Positions 57,333 through 64,000 of a stretch of 64,000 bases of DNA are shown in pieces. Each line of letters starts with the position of its first letter. Positions within the stretch are counted from its first letter, which is position 1. The notes beneath the pieces were generated by a model. It did no database searches. It was not told where the DNA came from and saw nothing but the letters and a program-made list of their open reading frames with translations. Both the position numbers and the translations under genes were made by a program. The DNA is from Bacteriovorax sp. (GTDB taxonomy: Bacteria > Bdellovibrionota > Bacteriovoracia > Bacteriovoracales > Bacteriovoracaceae), in the NCBI GenBank assembly GCA_014376445.1, contig JACMRM010000006.1, positions 5,634 to 69,633 of the forward strand, given 5' to 3'.

Positions 57333-59549
57333 ATGCTTTTTAGAATCTTCCAGTATCTTGGAATCATGGCCATTGTTACTTTTAGCGCGGCCAGTATTTT
57401 TTTATCGACCAGCGCACGTGATCTTAACTCTTACAGCAACCAGTCCTTTTTTGTAAACTACGCTTCATTTTTCGAAGACCGCTTTTACGATCTGCGGATG
57501 AAGCTTACGATCGATAGAAATAAAAAAGATGACCGTCTGGTTCTCGCTGCGATTGATGACAGGTCATTGACAAAAATCGGAAGATGGCCTTGGTCGCGTA
57601 CGCAAATCGTAAAGCTGGTGGATAAGCTTCATCTTTACGGCGCAAAAGTTGTGGCATTCGATATTTTCTTTTCAGAACCGGAGCTCGCATGCAATGCCGA
57701 GTCCCCTGATCTTCTTCTCGCGCAGACTTTGAAAAATTTTCAGTCGACTCCGGGAAATAAAATTATTCTTCCCTATTCAGTTGTAAAAAAAGAAAATGAT
57801 GTCATTGATGAGGAAAATTATTTTAAAGAAGCACCTGACCAGCTTTTAAATTACATGATGGATGCCAGACAAGCTGAAGGGTCAAATCTTCAGGAATATC
57901 TTGCTGAAAAAAAAGTTTATCCTATTGGGCCTCTCGCTAATGCCGATGTTGGAATTGCACACATTGAAGCTGAAGCAGATGCAGACGGGGTTTTCCGCCA
58001 TTACCCTATTACAGCGAACGTCAGTTCTATTTATCTGCCGTCATTTGCTCTTCAGGCCTATGAGATGTATTCAGGCGATCGCACTGTGGTTAATATTCCA
58101 TCCTCTGAAACGGCTTTTTTGAAAACTAAAAAAGGAAATTTATACGTAAACTATAACGGTGAATCAAAGATCAGATGGTTTGGAGGACTCGACCATTTTC
58201 CCACTGTCAGCGTCTACGATATTTTAACGGCGAAGGACAGCGACGCTGAAAAAATGGCCATTTTTAAAGACAAACTGGTCTTTATCGGATCAACAGCTTT
58301 CGGTGCAAACGATTTAAGAAATACACCTGTCGATCCGATTTTACCAGGGATCGTTTTCCACATGAACATGGTACATATGCTTCTCGAAGGAAAATTTCTG
58401 GTGTCTGAACTTGATTCAACAAAAATTTCATGGATCATGCTGATCAGCGGAAGTGTGGCCATCGTCACTACAATGCTTTTCGGCCATGCTATTTTAGATT
58501 TTTTTGCAGTCTTTTTTATTATGGGCGGTCTTTTTTATCTCGACTCTTATTACTTCATTCCCAAAGGCTATAACAACAGACTTTTCTTTTGTTTATTTTC
58601 TGTGCTGAGCTGCTACTCGTGGTCAACTTTCCTGCATTTTTATCAGTCAAATAAGGAAAAGAAAAAAATTAAAGGGACATTCTCACGCTACCTTGCTCCT
58701 TCAATCGTCAACGACCTTTTAAAGAACCCTGAGAAAGTCCGTCTCGGTGGTGAGAAGAAAAATATTACAGTATTCTTCTCTGACGTAAGAGACTTCACTA
58801 GCATTTCTGAAAAGCTGACTCCGGAGCAGTTAACGTTATGTCTGAATAAATATATGACGATGATGACTGACACACTCTTTGAGCACAACGGAACTCTCGA
58901 CAAGTATATCGGAGACGCGATGGTTGCTTACTGGGGAGCTCCAGTTGATTTACAGGATCATCCTTATTGGGCCGTGAAAGGCGCTATTCAGATGATCGAG
59001 AGACTTCCTGCAATCAATGAAGAATTCGCACGTGAAGGCTTTCCTCAATTCAAGCACGGGATCGGTCTTAACACCGGAGAGTGTTCAGTCGGTAACATGG
59101 GGTCGAATCAAATTTTTTCTTATACCGCTCTCGGTGACAACATGAACCTTGGCGCACGTCTCGAGTCTCTTTGTAAGTATTATGGTGTTCAGTTGAATAT
59201 TTCCGAGTACACAAAAAATGCGATCCCGGAAAATCTTGCAAAGGAATTTACTTTCAGAACGCTCGATAAAGTAAAAGTTAAAGGTAAAGAAAACTCAGTA
59301 ACAATTTATGAAGTCCTTCACCCTAATCATCACTTGATTAATTTTAAGGATGACCTGCATATGTATGAGAATGCTTTTCAAATGTATTTGGATGAAAAAT
59401 TTACGAAGGCCTCTGAAGTATTTCAGGAGCTTCATAACAGGCATCCTGAAGACAAAAGTTTTGAACGTATGCTGCATATGTGCCAGGACTTCATGGCAGT
59501 GCCACCTCTACCTAATTGGGACGGGTCGTATACACATAAGTCGAAGTGA
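57333..59549 (+). CDS. CHASE2-domain class III adenylate cyclase
   Basis: CHASE2 motifs (IDDRSL..IGRWPWSR, FDIFFSE, DADGVFR, VFIGSTA, DLRNTP, PG..H), three TM helices, cyclase motifs FSDVRDFT, DKYIGDA, GNMGS and GDNMNLGARLES. Confidence 0.95.
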   Translation: MLFRIFQYLGIMAIVTFSAASIFLSTSARDLNSYSNQSFFVNYASFFEDRFYDLRMKLTIDRNKKDDRLVLAAIDDRSLTKIGRWPWSRTQIVKLVDKLHLYGAKVVAFDIFFSEPELACNAESPDLLLAQTLKNFQSTPGNKIILPYSVVKKENDVIDEENYFKEAPDQLLNYMMDARQAEGSNLQEYLAEKKVYPIGPLANADVGIAHIEAEADADGVFRHYPITANVSSIYLPSFALQAYEMYSGDRTVVNIPSSETAFLKTKKGNLYVNYNGESKIRWFGGLDHFPTVSVYDILTAKDSDAEKMAIFKDKLVFIGSTAFGANDLRNTPVDPILPGIVFHMNMVHMLLEGKFLVSELDSTKISWIMLISGSVAIVTTMLFGHAILDFFAVFFIMGGLFYLDSYYFIPKGYNNRLFFCLFSVLSCYSWSTFLHFYQSNKEKKKIKGTFSRYLAPSIVNDLLKNPEKVRLGGEKKNITVFFSDVRDFTSISEKLTPEQLTLCLNKYMTMMTDTLFEHNGTLDKYIGDAMVAYWGAPVDLQDHPYWAVKGAIQMIERLPAINEEFAREGFPQFKHGIGLNTGECSVGNMGSNQIFSYTALGDNMNLGARLESLCKYYGVQLNISEYTKNAIPENLAKEFTFRTLDKVKVKGKENSVTIYEVLHPNHHLINFKDDLHMYENAFQMYLDEKFTKASEVFQELHNRHPEDKSFERMLHMCQDFMAVPPLPNWDGSYTHKSK

Positions 59550-59598
59550 TTCATTTATGGCGCTCGACAATCCATTAACGAGGACCTAAAGTTTTCTT

Positions 59599-60048
59599 AT
59601 GAAAAAATTATTTATTATTCTTCTCTGCACATTCTCAACCGGCCTTTTGGCCAAAACTCCGGCGACTTTAAAATACCCGGTCGATTTTTTATTTACCAAA
59701 GTTCTGGAGAAAAAACACCAGACAAAAAATGAAGCGATCCCCATGCCACATATTTATTATAAAAGCAGCACCCCTCTAAAACAATTCCAGGACGCCATTG
59801 AAAAGCAATGGAATATGAGACCCAAAGTCTTCACTAATGCTTTTGCGGTTGATAATAACGAAATTTATATTATGGATGATGCCTCATACTACGAAGAGAA
59901 AAAACGCTGCATGGACGACTCTCTAGTTCATGAACTGGTTCATTACGTTCAGGTGAAATACCTAAACTGGGACATTCATGACGAAAGTCTTGAGTGGGAT
60001 GCAATTGAAATTCAAACTGAATTTCGTGAAGAATTTTGTAAGCTATAA
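59599..60048 (+). CDS. Small secreted protein with HEXXH (minimal zincin-like) motif
   Basis: Signal peptide and LVHELVHYVQ followed by a distal Glu (LEWDA). Confidence 0.65.
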   Translation: MKKLFIILLCTFSTGLLAKTPATLKYPVDFLFTKVLEKKHQTKNEAIPMPHIYYKSSTPLKQFQDAIEKQWNMRPKVFTNAFAVDNNEIYIMDDASYYEEKKRCMDDSLVHELVHYVQVKYLNWDIHDESLEWDAIEIQTEFREEFCKL

Positions 60049-60222
60049 CGGCAAGTTCACCAGCGTTTGAACAATTTTTATATAGTGCTGAGAAGAAATG
60101 CTCCCGCGGAGCATTTCTACATGTAATGAAAAAGTAAAAAAATAATTCGCGTATCAGAAATCGAAGCACAAATGACTATTTTATAACGGCAAGTTCACCA
60201 GCGTTTGAACAATTTTTATATA
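60044..60222. repeat. Perfect 41-bp direct repeat (60044-60084 and 60182-60222) with a 97-bp spacer
   Basis: Both copies read TATAACGGCAAGTTCACCAGCGTTTGAACAATTTTTATATA. Confidence 0.95.
60094..60118. terminator. Hairpin between the convergent genes (possible terminator)
   Basis: AGAAATGCTCC-CGC-GGAGCATTTCT. Confidence 0.6.
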
Positions 60223-61533
60223 AGACGGCGAAGTAAACTCCTCCACCAGCTTAGGAATAATCAATTTCATCTCAGGCCTTTGCTTGGCATCTGTCATGCC
60301 AATAAACTGCTCAACAAAACCTTCAGCAATCAGTAAAACTTTTGACAGCGGCGAAAGATCTTCAGGATACTTATTGGCAAAACCAGTCCCTTTCTTCATG
60401 CCATGATGATGTTTAATTAAAACATCAGCTCCCATCGGACATCTCTTATAAGTTACAACCAGCTCTGCAGCAAGCTTAGCGTGGTTCATTACAATTTCTT
60501 TTTCTTTTTCATTCAACAGCGGACTATCGACAAGGCTTTTCTCAAATTTTAACTGAGGGTACTTCATGAAAATTGGTGCAAGATAAATATCATGGAAAAA
60601 CAGAACGAAATTGATTTTATCAGTCTGTCCGTCTCCACCCCATGTTACATTTTTAATAATATGATTGGCCACATAGCTTGCAATCATTGAATGAGTAAAA
60701 ATATATCCACTTTTATTATTAAGCATCGTGGCCAGAAGCCCTTTCAGCTGGGCATTGTCTTTAACAACATCTCCCATTACTTTAGCTGAAGCATTGGCAA
60801 TCGAAACCATTTCAGATTTAATTTCTTCGCTGGTGAATAAATTCGCCATCGCAAACTCAAAACCATCGTTGAGCATTTCAACTTTTTTCTCATTGGTTGC
60901 ACCATCACTATTTTTTAATGCCAGCGTGATCTTTTCAATCAACAGCAAAGAGACATTGTTAACAACAACCAGGCGGTCAGAACTTTTTACAAAGATTTTG
61001 TCAGCACCGGAAGCTCTCACCGATTTGATATTATCTTCCAGCGGCTCGGAAGCAGCTGTTAAAAGTTTATGTGAGCCGTTTTTTTCGATATAAATATTGC
61101 AAGGGGCCTTCGCAAGGCCTTCTATGGGTTTAATTGAGATCGGATAATAAGCGCTCATCTGCATTTCAGACATTTGTTTTGCCGTTACACCTAAAATTCC
61201 TGCTGATCTTTTTAAAAGCGACTGGATATTATATCGTGAAGAAACAGCAAAAGTTTTAGCGTCTATTTCAGCATCAAAATCGTGCCCAACTTTAATCAAA
61301 GGAGTTTTTACAGCGTAGCCGCTTCTGTATTCATTAATTTCTTTAATGGCATCTTTTTTATTTACTGTATCGAGTGAGATGATGAGATCAAAATCTTTTC
61401 TCTGCTTATGAATAGCAATTGCTGCTTCTGTCGTTGTAACAAGCTCTATGGAAGTTGCAAGATAAACTTCAAGGTTCATGACGTAAAGGATGCTTAAAAA
61501 TTCATTGTCACAGACGACCAGTGTTTTGCTCAT
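60181..61533 (-). CDS. Pseudo-receiver plus degenerate HD-GYP domain protein
   Basis: REC-like N-terminus. HS...FFHDI...NH...HHH.MKKGTGFA, with GYP replaced by GFA. Start taken at ATG 61533. Confidence 0.75.
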   Translation of the reverse strand: MSKTLVVCDNEFLSILYVMNLEVYLATSIELVTTTEAAIAIHKQRKDFDLIISLDTVNKKDAIKEINEYRSGYAVKTPLIKVGHDFDAEIDAKTFAVSSRYNIQSLLKRSAGILGVTAKQMSEMQMSAYYPISIKPIEGLAKAPCNIYIEKNGSHKLLTAASEPLEDNIKSVRASGADKIFVKSSDRLVVVNNVSLLLIEKITLALKNSDGATNEKKVEMLNDGFEFAMANLFTSEEIKSEMVSIANASAKVMGDVVKDNAQLKGLLATMLNNKSGYIFTHSMIASYVANHIIKNVTWGGDGQTDKINFVLFFHDIYLAPIFMKYPQLKFEKSLVDSPLLNEKEKEIVMNHAKLAAELVVTYKRCPMGADVLIKHHHGMKKGTGFANKYPEDLSPLSKVLLIAEGFVEQFIGMTDAKQRPEMKLIIPKLVEEFTSPSYIKIVQTLVNLPL

Positions 61534-61619
61534 GCGGATTCCAGTTAAATAAAAAATGCTTAAAATAGGTTTAAGAAAGAATATCACAATTATAAAAAAT
61601 CACGAATAGAATGTGATGG

Positions 61620-61653
61620 AAAAAGAATTCCCCCTCTGATTAGCAGAAGGGAA
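61620..61653 (-). terminator. Probable terminator after the E1 gene
   Basis: Minus strand TTCCCTTCTG-CTAAT-CAGAGGGGGAA followed by TTCTTTTT. Confidence 0.55.
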
Positions 61654-61668
61654 ATAATAAAAAAAAGA

Positions 61669-63714
61669 CTAGTACTTTAGTAAATCCAACATACCTTGAT
61701 AAGCACGATCAGCGTTAGGAAGAATAGCTTTCTCAAGAATACGATTGAAACCAACCGGAGTATTAGTTGAACCAATACGTTTAACTGGAGCGTCGAGGAA
61801 TTCAAAAGCTTTTTCGTTCACTATTGCTGCTAACTCTCCACCAAATCCGCCGAAAACTTTATCTTCGTGAACAATCAAACATTTGTTTGTTTTTTTCACT
61901 GAATTGATAATGGCATCAACATCCAAAGGAACAATTGAACGAAGATCGATCACTTCAACATTATGGCCTTCGCCCGCAAGTTTCTCAGCAGCTTCAAGAC
62001 ACATATGAACTGTGTTTCCGTAAGTCAGAACTGTTAAATCAGATCCCTCACGTCTTGTGCGAGCTTTTCCAAACGGAACTTCGAAATCTTCAGGGACCGG
62101 AGTCATTGCAGATTTAGAATTGTATAAAGCTTTCGGCTCTAAAAATAATGTTGGCCCTTTAGATCTGAAGGCAGTTCGGAGTAATCCGGCAGCGTCGTCA
62201 GCAAATGCCGGAATAACGATTCTGATTCCAGGAATTGTAGCGAGAGATCCTTCAAGGTTTTGCGAGTGATACAACCCGCCACCAATGTATCCGCCTGAAG
62301 CAAGTCTGATAACAACGTTCGGGCAGAACGCGCCATTAGATCTCCAGTAGTCATGTGACATCTCGATATATTGCTCCATTGCCGGCCAGAAATAGTCGGC
62401 GAATTCTGCACCTTCAACACACACGCGGATATCATCTCTGAAACGAGAGAATCCGTTTGCAGTTCCTAAAATATAATCTTCAGCAATCGGCCCGTTGAAT
62501 ACGCGCTCGATTCCGAATTCCTGCTGCATTCCTTTTGAAACGTTGAAGATTCCGCCTTTTTCTTTGTGGGCCATATCCTGGCCCCAGATAAAAGTATTCG
62601 GGTTGTGACGAAATTCTGCTTTCAATGTTCCGTTTAATGAATCGATGAACTTCATCGGCTCAGTTGTCGCGTTGTGAGTTCCATCCGGATATTTTGTTGA
62701 AACGTATGGTTCAGCATAAAGGAAATCGTAGATTGAGGCAGGGTCAGGATTTGGAGCTTTCATTGCTTTTGTGTGAGCATCCAGAACAATTTTTTTCTGC
62801 TCACTATCAATGGCACTTAGTTCTGCTTCAGTAAAAACTTTTGCATCCAACAATTCTTTTCTGTAACGAAGGTATGGATCCTGAGCTTTTGCTGCTGCAA
62901 TCTCAGCGTCGTCTCTGTACCATTCGTGTTTGTCTGAGTTGGAGTGGTTCCCGATTCGAACGCAGTCTGCGTGAACGATAACCGGTTCGCATTTTTCAAT
63001 TGCGATTCTTCTCGCTTCTTCCATAGCAGACATAGAGTCGAATACATCTTTTCCGTCACAATGAATGATTGTTAAATTTAAAAATCCAGTAAAGTTGTCG
63101 GCCACTCTTTCATTCGCCGTCTGATCACGTTTTGGAACTGAAATCCCGTAACCGTTATCCTGAAAAACAAAAATGACAGGAAGTTTTTCTGTTGAGGCTC
63201 CGTTGATTGCTTCGTAAACATATCCTTCAGAAACTGATGATTCACCTTGAGAAGAAAATGCCACACCTTTGTGCTTATATCTCTTCATTGCACGAGCAAC
63301 ACCAACAGCATGAAGCGTATGGTTCCCTGTACAAGATGAAACATTGTGAATGTGCCACTCTGGTTTAGCAAAGTGATTCGACATGTGACGTCCACCCGAA
63401 GCTAAGTCTGTTGCTTTTGAAATCCCGTTTAAAATAATTTCTTCAGCGTTAACTCCAGCGGCCACTGCCGTCAGCATGTCGCGATAGTAAGGGAATAGAT
63501 GATCAGCGCCCTTAACAAAAGTTTGTCCGATTGCTAATTGAATTCCATCGTGTCCTGCATATGGTGCGTGGTAAGACCAACCGATTGCTTGTTTTAAATA
63601 ATTTGGGGCACGCTCATCTAATAAACGCCCAAGAGTCATGAGTTCGTACCATTTTTTAAGTTCAGCTTTCGGCGTTTTTTTCGCCGAGTATTTCTTTTCT
63701 ACTTTTTTCAGCAT
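61669..63714 (-). CDS. 2-oxoacid (probably branched-chain 2-oxoisovalerate) dehydrogenase E1, fused alpha/beta subunits
   Basis: PYYRD, GRHMSNH, TPP-binding GESSVSEG...DNGYGIS, HSNSD, then beta domain GGLYHSQ, FLEPK and IDLRSI.PLD. Confidence 0.9.
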   Translation of the reverse strand: MLKKVEKKYSAKKTPKAELKKWYELMTLGRLLDERAPNYLKQAIGWSYHAPYAGHDGIQLAIGQTFVKGADHLFPYYRDMLTAVAAGVNAEEIILNGISKATDLASGGRHMSNHFAKPEWHIHNVSSCTGNHTLHAVGVARAMKRYKHKGVAFSSQGESSVSEGYVYEAINGASTEKLPVIFVFQDNGYGISVPKRDQTANERVADNFTGFLNLTIIHCDGKDVFDSMSAMEEARRIAIEKCEPVIVHADCVRIGNHSNSDKHEWYRDDAEIAAAKAQDPYLRYRKELLDAKVFTEAELSAIDSEQKKIVLDAHTKAMKAPNPDPASIYDFLYAEPYVSTKYPDGTHNATTEPMKFIDSLNGTLKAEFRHNPNTFIWGQDMAHKEKGGIFNVSKGMQQEFGIERVFNGPIAEDYILGTANGFSRFRDDIRVCVEGAEFADYFWPAMEQYIEMSHDYWRSNGAFCPNVVIRLASGGYIGGGLYHSQNLEGSLATIPGIRIVIPAFADDAAGLLRTAFRSKGPTLFLEPKALYNSKSAMTPVPEDFEVPFGKARTRREGSDLTVLTYGNTVHMCLEAAEKLAGEGHNVEVIDLRSIVPLDVDAIINSVKKTNKCLIVHEDKVFGGFGGELAAIVNEKAFEFLDAPVKRIGSTNTPVGFNRILEKAILPNADRAYQGMLDLLKY

Positions 63715-63768
63715 AGATACCCCAAGTCATAAAAAATATAAGGAAATTTATCTTAGCAAGTTTGCAGA

Positions 63769-63794
63769 AAAAATGCACCCCAAGGTGCATTTTT
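63769..63794. promoter_or_regulatory. Inverted repeat in the divergent promoter region (candidate operator)
   Basis: AAAAATGCACC-CCAA-GGTGCATTTTT. Confidence 0.45.
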
Positions 63795-63870
63795 ATGGCG
63801 ATAAAGTACACGAAAAGATAAGCTCCTTCCAAAGAGTTCTGCAAACAAAGTCTTTTCAAAGGAGTTCATA

Positions 63871-64000
63871 ATGCCTGTCGCCACACCAGATCAATATAAA
63901 AAAATGCTCTCAAGCGCCAAAAAAGGCGGATATGCGTATCCAGCAATCAACGTAACATCAATGTCCACTGCCAATGCCGCACTGAAAGCCTTTGCTGATA
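63871..64000 (+). CDS. fbaA: Class II fructose-bisphosphate aldolase, 5' part (runs off the window)
   Basis: AGGAG SD. MPVATPDQYKKMLSSAKKGGYAYPAINVTS matches the class II FBA N-terminus. Confidence 0.85.
   Translation, partial: MPVATPDQYKKMLSSAKKGGYAYPAINVTSMSTANAALKAFAD

Noticed and set aside
60044-60222. Diversity-generating retroelement TR/VR pair or mini-CRISPR
   Set aside because: The copies are identical with no adenine-specific mismatches, there is no reverse transcriptase or cas gene in the window, there are only two copies, and the repeat is coding sequence.

Overview
This is a low-GC, gene-dense chromosomal segment that looks like core genome. Gene content and protein style suggest a predatory Bdellovibrionota bacterium, probably Bacteriovoracaceae (inference). 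It carries tgt, serC, a matrixin/outer-membrane-barrel pair, an M24 aminopeptidase, an orphan murD, a type III glutamine synthetase, an M61 peptidase and an acyl-CoA dehydrogenase. It also has a type II secretion cluster (gspC-N, no gspO), ispA, merR/ihfA, an atypical type IIA topoisomerase pair, a rhomboid protease, an Rrf2-sufBCDS-nfu operon, hemF, a FecR/TPR-barrel/CHASE2-cyclase triad, a degenerate HD-GYP protein, a fused E1 alpha/beta dehydrogenase and the start of a class II aldolase. I saw no rRNA, tRNA, CRISPR array, transposase or prophage. The best leads are: (1) a topoisomerase II with T4-phage/eukaryote-like motifs, no pinwheel CTD and histone-H1-like basic tails, sitting among housekeeping genes; (2) a candidate trans-envelope cAMP signalling triad; (3) a Cys-containing C-terminal sorting signal on a matrixin; (4) a protein-glutaminase-like lipoprotein; (5) an exact 41-bp duplication of a gene end flanking a hairpin; (6) sigma28-like promoters and three small ORFs missing from the ORF track. 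All family assignments come from motif recognition by eye, not database searches.
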